A DNA stretch of 58,318 bases from a virus (taxonomy: Duplodnaviria; Caudoviricetes), in IMG/VR virus record IMGVR_UViG_3300021373_000362, positions 1-58,318 of that record, one strand, 5' to 3'. Within the stretch, counting starts at the first letter, position 1. Every line of letters begins with the position of its first letter. This document shows, in pieces, positions 25,650-35,598 of the stretch. Position numbers and translations under genes: made by a program. The notes under the pieces are model-generated. The model was not told where the DNA came from. It saw only the letters and a list, made by a program, of their open reading frames with translations, and ran no database searches.

Positions 25650-27674
25650 TTAAGGGGTAACTTGTCCTAGATAACTTTGTGCTTTCTGACTAGTCTGACC
25701 AGAAGTACCGCCTGTCTTCGTAGTACTAGTACCACCTAAAGTACTTTGCATTTTTTGCTGTAAGCTAGTTGTAAGTTGGTTAGTATACCCACCTTGTGAT
25801 TTAAGTTGCATCAAGAAATCTTCATATATCTCTATGAGTTCATCAAGTTTAGTCTTATCTTTTAGCCCCATAAACGTAGCCTCCATACTTACTAGCTGTG
25901 CTCGTGCGGCTTTTATTTCATCTGCATCTTCGACAGGATCAGATGTCTCTATTATATTGTTTAGTCTCTGCATTTCTGGTTGCAACGCCTTAAAGTGTTC
26001 TTCTCTAAGGTCGTTACTTTTACCAACTAAACCCTCAATGGAACTTGCAATATCTTGTAAGCTAGCTTGATTTTGTACTAACTCCCGTAGCTTGGCTTCG
26101 CCACTAACACGTATGGCATCAATCTTGTTCTTAATGCCGTTTTGGTTAGTCTCATACATTCTATCAGCTTCTTTAGAAGCTAGTGTAAGGTCAGCTTCAC
26201 TAATATTAGCCATAGTATTCATGGCGGCGGCCACATCGTTAGTGTACACCTCAAACGCTTTTGCGGCGTCTGTGTTTATGTCTTTTATTACCTTATTCTT
26301 TTCGGTCTCGTTCTTGACATACATATCACGTTGTTGAGCTATGCTACCCTGCCGACTTGCAGCTAAGTCACGATCAAAACGCCCACGAGCCGCAGCAGCA
26401 GACCCGCTAGTGCCACCTACCATAAGCCCTTCTAATCCGGCGGCTCTTCTTCTTTTAGCTACTGCCTCGGGAGCTAACATTTCCTTATCTAGTTCTTCTT
26501 TCTGCTGTAAGTACTTAGCTAAACCTTCTTGGTATTTTTCTACGCCATACCCGCCTTTTGCAGCATCGTCAGCAGCAAGCCTAGTTATCTCTTCTTTTTT
26601 CTTTTCTTCGGGGTCTACGTCCATACGACCTTCTAGTTTGCCTATAAACTTGTCACCCAGCGCCTCAGTCAACTGGGTTTTGCTTATACCAGAAATATCA
26701 GGTGCAGCAGTGGCTAGAGCCGCCGCAAGTTGGTCATCGACACTCATGCCTTGTCCGGTAGCAGCAAGCCCGCCGGTAGCGGGAGCAGTAGCAGAAGGAG
26801 TAGTTCCAACAGGCGCAGGAGCGAGTACAGTACCAGCTCCAACAGGCGCAGTAGTAGCAATGCCCGTAGCAGGAGAGGTAGAAGGAGCAGGAGCGCCAGT
26901 CATAGCAGATTGCAGAGCAGAACTTTGAGCACTAGATAGTCCCCCTTGAATGCCTGCCGCTTTTGCATCTTGCGCTTTTTCTTCTTCCGTAGGATTCAAA
27001 CGTCTACGGATAGCTTCACGCTTTTCAGCTTGTATTTCGGGGTCTTGCGCCTCTCGCACAGTCTTAACGATGGGCATTTCGGGCACGCCCGCGTCAGTAA
27101 ACTCTTCACGTTGCTTTACGTATTCTTGTTCTATCTGAGCATCAATAACTTTCTTTTGCTCTGGGCGCATAGCCCTATAATCTCTATATGAAATACCCAA
27201 GGCTTTCAGTGCTTGCTCTAACCTACTTAACTTCCCACCTTCTTGGTACCCGACAATACCGCCCTGCGCCATACCTTGCATGTTAGGGCGTGGCTGATTA
27301 GCAATACCCTGCGGGGCACCTTGAGGGCGTTGTTGAGGGCGTTGTTGGGGGGCAATGCCCATAGCCTGCTGTCTTTGTTGGGCTCGTTTTTGTTTCTGCC
27401 CTAGCACACCTGCTACTTGGTTAGCCATTTCGTTTTTGTTCATACTTACAAGCTGTTGCTCGTATTGCTCTGCTATGGTGCTGGGAGTCTGCTCGGCTTT
27501 TAGTGCCATATCTCTAGCGGCAGTTTCTTTTTCAGACTTGAGTTTTTGCATGGCGAGCAAGTCCATCAACTCTTGGTTTTGAGAATACCTCTTTTGTAGT
27601 GCTTGTGGGTTTCCTCTGTACGCGTCTGCTTTTTGCTCGATTAGTTTGTCGATACCGCCAGTAGTATTAATCAT
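25650..27674 (-). CDS. Putative internal virion / ejection protein (674 aa)
   Basis: Gln/Ala-rich, coiled-coil, MAQGG motifs; position in the ejection cluster. Confidence 0.65.
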   Translation of the reverse strand: MINTTGGIDKLIEQKADAYRGNPQALQKRYSQNQELMDLLAMQKLKSEKETAARDMALKAEQTPSTIAEQYEQQLVSMNKNEMANQVAGVLGQKQKRAQQRQQAMGIAPQQRPQQRPQGAPQGIANQPRPNMQGMAQGGIVGYQEGGKLSRLEQALKALGISYRDYRAMRPEQKKVIDAQIEQEYVKQREEFTDAGVPEMPIVKTVREAQDPEIQAEKREAIRRRLNPTEEEKAQDAKAAGIQGGLSSAQSSALQSAMTGAPAPSTSPATGIATTAPVGAGTVLAPAPVGTTPSATAPATGGLAATGQGMSVDDQLAAALATAAPDISGISKTQLTEALGDKFIGKLEGRMDVDPEEKKKEEITRLAADDAAKGGYGVEKYQEGLAKYLQQKEELDKEMLAPEAVAKRRRAAGLEGLMVGGTSGSAAAARGRFDRDLAASRQGSIAQQRDMYVKNETEKNKVIKDINTDAAKAFEVYTNDVAAAMNTMANISEADLTLASKEADRMYETNQNGIKNKIDAIRVSGEAKLRELVQNQASLQDIASSIEGLVGKSNDLREEHFKALQPEMQRLNNIIETSDPVEDADEIKAARAQLVSMEATFMGLKDKTKLDELIEIYEDFLMQLKSQGGYTNQLTTSLQQKMQSTLGGTSTTKTGGTSGQTSQKAQSYLGQVTP

Positions 27675-27683
27675 TTTTATCTC

Positions 27684-29258
27684 CTATTCCCCGCCGCCAG
27701 TGCCACTAGGCTTATTACCTAACCCCATCAATTCATCATACATATCCTGTATAATTTTGCTAGTGCTAGTCATTTGCGCAGCGGTGCTAGGCGCACTATA
27801 TTGCACTGATTGCGCTTCAATGGGTAGCCCTTGGAGTAGTGACTGCATGTACTGTACTTGTTTGTATGGGAAATCTCTTTCTTCTTTAAACTGAGCGTAG
27901 TCTGCGGCCTGTCCTTCAGACTCAATACCTCTTTGGATAGCGCCAAGCCCTTGTTGCTGCGCCATAACGTCAAATCCGTATTTGTTACGAGCCGCTTGTT
28001 CTTTATTGTATTGGTCTACAGCTTTGTCATATGCAGTTGCGTACCCCCTACCTGTTATATCTGCAAGGTTTGCCTGTAAGCCGCGCAATCCTTCTGCTTC
28101 CATAAGAGCTTGACGAGAACCACCAAAACCACCTGCTCGAGTTAGTCGGCCTGCGGCAGCTACGCGGTCTATCTCTGCTTGCCTGCGTGCTTCGTCTAGC
28201 TGTGGATTAAGCGAGGCCATGAGATAAGGGTTCATATACTGTTGCGCTTGATCTGCGCCGAAACTAGCTACGCCCATACTAGCGGGATCAGCCTCTAACT
28301 GCCCTGCGGTAGTAAACGCTTGTTGCTGTAAGCCTGATGCTCCGGCACTAAGTGGCCCCGTATAGGCTTGGTAACCTTGTTGTCCTAGCGCCTGTCCCCT
28401 GCCCAACATATCGGTAACGTAATCTCCCGCCCAAGCAGATAGAGATTCGGATGTACCTGTTCTTTCTGGGGCAAACGGTGCGGTATCGCCGCCTTCTCCA
28501 CCCACTACGGGGTCTCCTTCTTGGAAGTTAGTTTTGGGGCTATAGTTTTTATACACAGAGCCGCCGTTGTTATAAGCGGCTATTCCGCCACCTTGAGCCA
28601 TCTTAGGCATAAACTTGTTAGGGTCTATCTGTTTACCTTGTTCCGGATTACCCGTACGTGCTTTACGTACACCATCCATCATACTGTGTAACTGCTCTGC
28701 GCCTGCATCAGAATTACCGTTGCCTAAGTGACTTACTACGTCGGCAGGAATGACGAACTCGCCGTCACTAAGACGTGCTTCTTGGGTGCCATCTATGGTA
28801 GCAGGCACTTTATCAGCCATACCATCGGTTTTACCGCCCAGATAGTACCCTTTATGAGCAGATGCTATACCGCCTGCCGCCATACCCTGCACTTGTTGGT
28901 TGCTTTTAGCTAGCTGTTGGGCTTCTGCTTGGGCTGTGGCTCGGGCTTCCTCTATAGTAGGTACTTCTGTATCTGGACGCTTTGCAAATTGAGTGTCCGT
29001 AAAGTATCTGCGGCCTGCACTTCCGGGCCTACGGGGAGCTTGCCCCTCAACAGGAGCTTGCATAGGTACGCGCTCGCGCACTGCTGTATACTTTGGAATT
29101 TCGCCTTGGTACCCTGTTACGGGTATATCGGGTTGGAAGTACCCACTAAGTTCTTTCGACAGCGCCATTTCGGCTATACCTCCAAGAGGATTACTTTCTA
29201 AAAAACCTGATACTCCCGTTGCTCCGGCACGATTAAGTGCATCTGTGAACCAACCCAT
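27684..29258 (-). CDS. Putative DNA transfer / pilot protein (524 aa)
   Basis: RLSDGEFVIPADVV domain; QYMNPY...AGGFGGSRQ typical of podovirus ejection proteins. Confidence 0.7.
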   Translation of the reverse strand: MGWFTDALNRAGATGVSGFLESNPLGGIAEMALSKELSGYFQPDIPVTGYQGEIPKYTAVRERVPMQAPVEGQAPRRPGSAGRRYFTDTQFAKRPDTEVPTIEEARATAQAEAQQLAKSNQQVQGMAAGGIASAHKGYYLGGKTDGMADKVPATIDGTQEARLSDGEFVIPADVVSHLGNGNSDAGAEQLHSMMDGVRKARTGNPEQGKQIDPNKFMPKMAQGGGIAAYNNGGSVYKNYSPKTNFQEGDPVVGGEGGDTAPFAPERTGTSESLSAWAGDYVTDMLGRGQALGQQGYQAYTGPLSAGASGLQQQAFTTAGQLEADPASMGVASFGADQAQQYMNPYLMASLNPQLDEARRQAEIDRVAAAGRLTRAGGFGGSRQALMEAEGLRGLQANLADITGRGYATAYDKAVDQYNKEQAARNKYGFDVMAQQQGLGAIQRGIESEGQAADYAQFKEERDFPYKQVQYMQSLLQGLPIEAQSVQYSAPSTAAQMTSTSKIIQDMYDELMGLGNKPSGTGGGE

Positions 29259-32200
29259 TAGTCTTCTCCAATTATTTTCAATAGTCTGTCTGTACTGTCT
29301 TTAACTGCGCCACCCCTAGCATAAGGACTAGCAAAAAGTGATTGTTGTTGAGGAGTAGCAAATATACTTTCTCCACTTATATCATATAAGTAATCTATTT
29401 CCGCTACGCCTTTCTGTTGGGTAGTAGCTACTCGTTGTTGCGCAGCTTGCAGAGCAGCCATATCTCGTATGTCTTGATCGAACTGTTGCTGTCGTTGCTG
29501 TTGAGTCATTTGCGTCTGCAACTCCAACTGACGCTCTTGCGCTAGCTGTTGCTCTTTTTCAAATTGTTCTTGTGCGGCAATAGCTTGTTCCGCTGCGATC
29601 TGGTCGTTATATGCATACAGTCCTGTAGATGCAAACTGGCCACCTAGAGTAACATCTTCACCGCTAAATGCTTGTTCTAGCATAAGCTGATCGTTGATGT
29701 CAATAACGCCATCATTGTTAACATCATACTGCAATTGCTGGTCAGTTGGAACAAAAGAAGTAGGGTCTTCAAGCACTTCTTGTTGAGCAATTACGTCAGC
29801 TATAAAGTCTATATCCGTCTGAGTTACATCTTGTGGGGGTTTCCCAACATAGCTTGCTACGGCTTCTATATCTAACCCTAGGGTGGCCATACCCTCATCA
29901 AAACGCGCTATTAAGTCTTCTTCAGTCTCACCTAGCGCCGTTAATAAATCGGTTTTAGTAGTGCCTAATTCTTCAGATACATCGCTAATAGCTTTACTAA
30001 GAGCTTCATCTCTAGCAAGTCCAGCATCCTCGTTTTCCTGCATTTTTTTGAGTATGCTAGATTCTAAATCACTAATCTCAGTAGATATATCTCCAATAGC
30101 CTCTAATAGACTTTCTTCTGTCTCCCCTATTGCTGTTAGTAAATCTGACTTAGTAGTGCCAAGATCAGCAGCTACGTCGTCAATAGCTTTCTTTATAGCT
30201 TCGTCTCTCGAAAGCCCAGCTTCTTCATTAGCTGCTATAGCATCAAGTATGGCATCTTTGTCTATGTTATCTGGGTCGTCAGGGAACTCATCTATGTAGT
30301 CAGGTACACCATCACCATCGCTATCAGTAATTCGATCTATATTTTCAGGGTCAAGAGGGTATTCATCCTCAAAATCAGGTATACCATCCCCATCAGCATC
30401 AGCAGTACGGTCTATGTTTTCTGGGTCGTTAGGGTACTCGTCGTATATGTCGGGTATGCCATCTCCGTCTGAGTCAACAGGATCACCATCATCAATAGGA
30501 TCAGTACCACCATCATCAATAGGATCAGGATCACCAGTAATAGGGTCAGGATCACCAGTAATAGGATCAGGGTCAGGATCACCAGTAATAGGGTCAGGAT
30601 CACCAGTAATAGGGTCAGGATCACCAGTAATAGGATCAGTACCACCATCATCAATAGGGTCAGTACCAAGGCCAAACAAATCGTTTAAATCGGTGTCACT
30701 CGATATTAGTGTTATAAGACGGTCAGTGTCATCTTGGGGGTCGTCGTACTGCCCAACTAATGACCGTAACTGTGCGTCACTTAACTCTACACCTGCCGCT
30801 CTAGCGTATTCTTCTACTTCAGAAAGTGTAGTTTGGCGAGGGTCTACGTAGTCATCTATAGCTTGAGCTAGGGCGTCGTCACCATAAGTGTCCCCGATGT
30901 ATGCATCTATCTCTTCTTGGGACGGCGTGTACCCTGCCCCATCAAATGCCGCGTTTGCTTCGGACGGACTTGTATAGTTGCCGTCATATACATGGTTCAT
31001 CAACGTAGCGTAAGAACTGGGGAAGGCTTCGGCGGTTAAACCTGCACTAGCAAATACGTCTTTAATACCTTGCTCAGTCAGAGCAGCGGTACCGTCAGGG
31101 TTGGTTTGCATGGCGGTGTTAATGTCTTCGTTATAGTTAGCCAGCATCCTAGAGGCTAAGTCTCCCTCTACATTCACATAAGTAGAGTTAGCAGCGTCAG
31201 TTATCCATTGGTTGCCGTTATCGACAGACAAGCTATTTTCAAGCCCAACGTCTTTCAGTATGTCTGTAAAGTAGTTACCAGTTAGTAAGGCAGTAGAAGT
31301 GCCTAAACCTAGAACGCCCCCGAACCACGCGTCTCCTGTAGCTTCTTGCGCTACATCTATAGTGGGGTCTATCGCAGATAGCCTAGTGTTTATAACTGCG
31401 GATACAGCGCCTTCTTCTCCAAACTCTCCAAGGAACTCTTTAAATACCGCAGACGCCCCGCCTGCCATACCTCTTCCAGTCCTTGTAGCCCAATCTTCAG
31501 CTTGTGCTACAAACCCTTCACCAATTTCTTTAACGATGTTTGCTTTTTTACCAAGTAGTTTGGTTAGTATTTTTTGATCTACCGCATCCCCAAATACTAG
31601 TTGTGAAGCAATCATTGCCAACCCGCCAGCAGCGCCCGCGTCTCCACTAACCCCCGCTGCTATTTCTCTGTTGGCCTCGTCATTAGCCATGACTTTATCT
31701 TGCACATACTTTTCTGCTTCGGCGCGGTATTGTTCTGCTGTAAGCGTGCCCGCTTGTACTTGCGACCCTAATGATTGTTTATAGGCTCTAAACTCGGCAG
31801 ATGCCATTATTTCTTCGGCTTGTACTTTCCTTAATGTGTCTAGCGTAGAGTTAAATCCTTCAGAGGCAGAGCCACCTATGGCTTCGGCAAGGTCTAATGC
31901 GGTAGATGTGGATAGTCCCGCCCAGTTTTCGGCTTTGTTTATAGCCTCTAAGACATCGTCTGTAAGGTCTTTAACATCTACTTTTTTACCTAAAGCAGAG
32001 GCGCTTTTTAAGAGGGTGCCGACACCACTTTTCGCCATAAACGAGGCTGCTAAATTTGGTATTTCTTCTACTATCTCGCTGCCTAACTCCGCTAAAGCTG
32101 CTTCGGGAGCTTCTTTAAGGCCGCCAAAAAACTTTACCGTGCCGTTGATAGCACTGTTTAAGAAGTTAGCGCCTTCAATTTGGTCTTTCAACCACTCTTC

Positions 32201-34681
32201 TGCCGCTGCTTCTCCGTTTTTCATTACCTCTGCTTTATATAGTGCGGACGCCCTGTATTCTTCTGCGGTAACAGGGTCGAAATATTCTTTAGCTTGAAAG
32301 GCGTCGTTGTACTCTCTTAACGCTTCCATACCCTCTTTTACGGCAGTAGTGTTAGACGCATCGGATAAGTTAGATAGGTTGCGAGATAGTTTTGCCAACT
32401 CAGTATTGTCGGGATGAGCCTCTCCAAACTGTATAAAACCATTGGCGTTGTTAATCATCTGAGAAGTACCAGACAATATTGTTGCTAATACCTGCTGCCT
32501 TGCAGAATCTTCATCAGTACCTATGTAGTCCACTAGTTGTTTGGCGACATTGTAGGTAGCAGCGCCTACTACTTGCGATAAAGAAGGATCAGCGTCTTCC
32601 CCTGCAACGGCTAGTGCGAACTCTTGGGGGTCTTCCTGTCTGAATATGTCTATTAACTCGCCAAAGGCGTCGGCAAAGTCAACTAGTTGTCCACTAGAGT
32701 TTGTAAACATACCCGTCTCAGGGTCTACTTCAAATGCTCCCTCTGGGATAGGCACTCCACTAGCATCCATTTGCTGTGTGAAGCTAACTATAACGCTGTT
32801 TGGGATTCCTCCCCACGTATTGTTTTGGCCGGGAACTGTAGAGGTTGCGCCGCCCTGCCCTAGTATTAACCCGCCTATCTTTACGATGTCGCCGATAGGG
32901 GTGCTTGGCCCAAAATACGTCGGAGACGCGGCCAGTGAACCTGCGCTAGCAGCGCCGTAAACTATGGGGATGTCAGCAAAACTACCCATGCTATACCCAA
33001 GTATATCTCCTACTTCTCCCAACGTAGTAGGTATAGCCCCACCTTCAATATTACCAGTAAACATGTTTTCCGTGCCGGTAGCGATGTTGATTTGCTCCAC
33101 CGCGAATGGAACAGCACGTAACCAATCTGAAGTGTGTAGTGTTTCTCCTGAAAGACCTTTTACAGCCGTATAAGCTGCCCCAACTAGAGGAACAAATGGG
33201 GTTACAACACTAACTATAGGATCAAGGAAATCCCAAGCAGTGTCGTCAAAATCGTTAGTTCTTTTCCGCGAGGTGTGAGTACCCAAGCCACCTAAAAACC
33301 GCATTGTCTGATCAGTGTTTGGGCTATCTTCTGACGGGTAGAAAAATGATTTTGCATCGTACAGGTCTCGTTGAACATCTAGCTCACGAGGTTCCTGCAT
33401 GTCAGGGCCACGCATATAGGCTGGTATGTCACTACCAAACGGTTTGTACAGGTAATTTTTACCTTGTATTTCTACGTATCTTGGAGCAAAAGGGTCTTGA
33501 GTGTCTTCTGCTAACGAGTTAACCTCCGCCATGTACATACTTTCGTACTGATCGTTAGGTAAAACTCCTGACTTATTTAGTCCGTATAAGTAGCCTAGCC
33601 TTTCAGATAAAGGCAAAAACTCGTATGCCGCTTGAAACGCCTCGGGGTCTTCTTGTCGTAGGGTGTTTAACTCATTATTAAAATCGTTAAAAGTTTGAAC
33701 GCGGTGATCCGTAATAAGATTTATAAATGGTACGTGTGGCCCTTTATTACTAGACGCGCCCGGAGTCCATTCCATCGCATTGAAATCGCTGTGAGACTTA
33801 TTTGATAGCGTTCCTAGTTCTGCAAACACACTATCTGGGTCTACGCCCGCATCTAAAGCGTTTTTGGCTTCCATCCAAGTTTGTATTTTAACTTGAGACG
33901 CCTTGTCCATAGGGTCAAGAGTTTGTCCCTCAAAGAACTTACGTATTATTGCTTCTCTATCGGCGTTGAACCATTCTTGTTCGGCTATTGCAACTTTTTT
34001 TGGTAGTGAAGAAGAGGGCACCCCTCCCGTGAGGTCGTCCTGATAGTAAGAGTAAGGATTTCCCCCATAAAACACGGGGCTAACGTCTACAGAAGTAAAC
34101 AGGGCATCTACATCAAAAGGAGTATTTTTTAGTTCCTCAAGACTAGCCGCGAGTTCGTCTTGACTGAGAAATTCCATATCGTCAAACAGATTCCAATCAC
34201 CTAGATCATTCATAAAGGATTGGTAGTTATATTCTGCCTGTGTTTCTTCTGCAATGGGAGTGCTAGGCCGTCCGCCCCCTCCAGACTTTTTATAAGCAGT
34301 GTAGGATTCAGGATACCATTCAGGTATATCCATCTCTCCTAGAAAGGCCCACGTCTGGTCAGGGTAGCGTTGGAGGCTGTACTCGTCTGACCCACGGTCT
34401 GTATTTACTGTAGCTTGCCATTCTTTGAACGCATTCGTCTTAGATAGGGGCGGCGCTACGTAGTCAAACCCTGTGTAGTCATCTTCAAGGAAGTCAAAGT
34501 AATCGTTTGCGCTGGTATTTGTGCTAGTAGATTGCTTAGTACCCGTATCTTTCTTGGGGGTAGCCGCCATTTTGGCTTCATAAGCATCTAACTCCGCCCT
34601 TTCAGCAGGAGTAATGTTATCCCTAAAGTACTGATAACCTCTCGAACCTTTGGGGGGTATCCTACTAATGTCGAGTGCCAT
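29258..34681 (-). CDS. Large acidic virion-associated protein with TSP3-like and EF-hand/dockerin-like Ca-binding motifs (1807 aa)
   Basis: D(S/A)DGDG(I/V)PD..DE(Y/F)P.DP x3; DVNNDGVIDIND; DPITGDP repeats. Confidence 0.7.
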   Translation of the reverse strand: MALDISRIPPKGSRGYQYFRDNITPAERAELDAYEAKMAATPKKDTGTKQSTSTNTSANDYFDFLEDDYTGFDYVAPPLSKTNAFKEWQATVNTDRGSDEYSLQRYPDQTWAFLGEMDIPEWYPESYTAYKKSGGGGRPSTPIAEETQAEYNYQSFMNDLGDWNLFDDMEFLSQDELAASLEELKNTPFDVDALFTSVDVSPVFYGGNPYSYYQDDLTGGVPSSSLPKKVAIAEQEWFNADREAIIRKFFEGQTLDPMDKASQVKIQTWMEAKNALDAGVDPDSVFAELGTLSNKSHSDFNAMEWTPGASSNKGPHVPFINLITDHRVQTFNDFNNELNTLRQEDPEAFQAAYEFLPLSERLGYLYGLNKSGVLPNDQYESMYMAEVNSLAEDTQDPFAPRYVEIQGKNYLYKPFGSDIPAYMRGPDMQEPRELDVQRDLYDAKSFFYPSEDSPNTDQTMRFLGGLGTHTSRKRTNDFDDTAWDFLDPIVSVVTPFVPLVGAAYTAVKGLSGETLHTSDWLRAVPFAVEQINIATGTENMFTGNIEGGAIPTTLGEVGDILGYSMGSFADIPIVYGAASAGSLAASPTYFGPSTPIGDIVKIGGLILGQGGATSTVPGQNNTWGGIPNSVIVSFTQQMDASGVPIPEGAFEVDPETGMFTNSSGQLVDFADAFGELIDIFRQEDPQEFALAVAGEDADPSLSQVVGAATYNVAKQLVDYIGTDEDSARQQVLATILSGTSQMINNANGFIQFGEAHPDNTELAKLSRNLSNLSDASNTTAVKEGMEALREYNDAFQAKEYFDPVTAEEYRASALYKAEVMKNGEAAAEEWLKDQIEGANFLNSAINGTVKFFGGLKEAPEAALAELGSEIVEEIPNLAASFMAKSGVGTLLKSASALGKKVDVKDLTDDVLEAINKAENWAGLSTSTALDLAEAIGGSASEGFNSTLDTLRKVQAEEIMASAEFRAYKQSLGSQVQAGTLTAEQYRAEAEKYVQDKVMANDEANREIAAGVSGDAGAAGGLAMIASQLVFGDAVDQKILTKLLGKKANIVKEIGEGFVAQAEDWATRTGRGMAGGASAVFKEFLGEFGEEGAVSAVINTRLSAIDPTIDVAQEATGDAWFGGVLGLGTSTALLTGNYFTDILKDVGLENSLSVDNGNQWITDAANSTYVNVEGDLASRMLANYNEDINTAMQTNPDGTAALTEQGIKDVFASAGLTAEAFPSSYATLMNHVYDGNYTSPSEANAAFDGAGYTPSQEEIDAYIGDTYGDDALAQAIDDYVDPRQTTLSEVEEYARAAGVELSDAQLRSLVGQYDDPQDDTDRLITLISSDTDLNDLFGLGTDPIDDGGTDPITGDPDPITGDPDPITGDPDPDPITGDPDPITGDPDPIDDGGTDPIDDGDPVDSDGDGIPDIYDEYPNDPENIDRTADADGDGIPDFEDEYPLDPENIDRITDSDGDGVPDYIDEFPDDPDNIDKDAILDAIAANEEAGLSRDEAIKKAIDDVAADLGTTKSDLLTAIGETEESLLEAIGDISTEISDLESSILKKMQENEDAGLARDEALSKAISDVSEELGTTKTDLLTALGETEEDLIARFDEGMATLGLDIEAVASYVGKPPQDVTQTDIDFIADVIAQQEVLEDPTSFVPTDQQLQYDVNNDGVIDINDQLMLEQAFSGEDVTLGGQFASTGLYAYNDQIAAEQAIAAQEQFEKEQQLAQERQLELQTQMTQQQRQQQFDQDIRDMAALQAAQQRVATTQQKGVAEIDYLYDISGESIFATPQQQSLFASPYARGGAVKDSTDRLLKIIGED
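30478..30668 (-). repeat. Coding tandem repeats (mostly 21-bp units) encoding DPITGDP / DPIDDGGT
   Basis: Repeated GGATCACCAGTAATAGG(G/A)TCA units. Confidence 0.9.
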
Positions 34682-34692
34682 AACTTACGTCC

Positions 34693-35598
34693 TTAGTTCT
34701 TTATGAGGATGCCTTGGAAAGACGCCCCCACTTCTACGTTGGTAGTATCAGAAAACGCTCGACACTCTACATCCGTTTTTTCTTCTACCTTGAGCGGATA
34801 CGTAAGCGGTAGCACTAACAAGGCGCTCTGCATGGTCTGGATTATGCGCGTGCGGAACGTATTAGAACCGAAGCTCCGCGTAACGAAACTCGCAGTAACG
34901 TGTTTATTTGCTAGTGATATTGCAGAGGTAAACGTCACATCGTCTAGGTACAAAGAGTATCCGGCAGGGACTGTATAAGCAGCGATCTGAGACTGGTTAT
35001 CCCCCTGTATGACGTGCGCATACGTAACGCCGGTAGGTACTCCAGAACTTACTCCGCTGTTAGCTACGTATATGTCTCCCGCAGCAGTGCCCCCACTACC
35101 AGAGGTAGCTACGAATATCCTGTTAACACGTAACCACGAGCTAGCATCGCCTACCTGCACCTGAGTTTGGCCGTTCATATTCACAGTTACGCTCTTGGCG
35201 TTGTAACTACCATCTACACCTTCTACAGTTACAGTATTAGCTCCCGTACCCCCATTAGAATCGGCAGTGCTGGAGCTACTTATATACACAGTGGAGGCGG
35301 ATGTAAGGTAGGGGTAGTTACCTCCAGTGCCCCACACAGTCTCTTCAGTACCGTTTATATCAGGATTAAATCCGAATTTATACAGCGGAGTAGCACCTGC
35401 AATCTGGCCTTTAGATACTTGCAACTCGTAGGGTTCTTGAACTGCCATAGCGTTTCTCAGTGCGTTATCTAACTGATTAAAGTAGATACGCAGTACTTTG
35501 TTAAATTCTTCAAACGACTCTTGGTCGTACACCTGTGGAGGGTACGGCAGTGCCGGAGCGCGAAAGGGTACGTCGTACCTAGTATTGTCTCCAGCCAT
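34693..35598 (-). CDS. Putative virion structural protein (301 aa)
   Basis: Beta-rich ORF directly after the tail nozzle gene. Confidence 0.65.
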   Translation of the reverse strand: MAGDNTRYDVPFRAPALPYPPQVYDQESFEEFNKVLRIYFNQLDNALRNAMAVQEPYELQVSKGQIAGATPLYKFGFNPDINGTEETVWGTGGNYPYLTSASTVYISSSSTADSNGGTGANTVTVEGVDGSYNAKSVTVNMNGQTQVQVGDASSWLRVNRIFVATSGSGGTAAGDIYVANSGVSSGVPTGVTYAHVIQGDNQSQIAAYTVPAGYSLYLDDVTFTSAISLANKHVTASFVTRSFGSNTFRTRIIQTMQSALLVLPLTYPLKVEEKTDVECRAFSDTTNVEVGASFQGILIKN

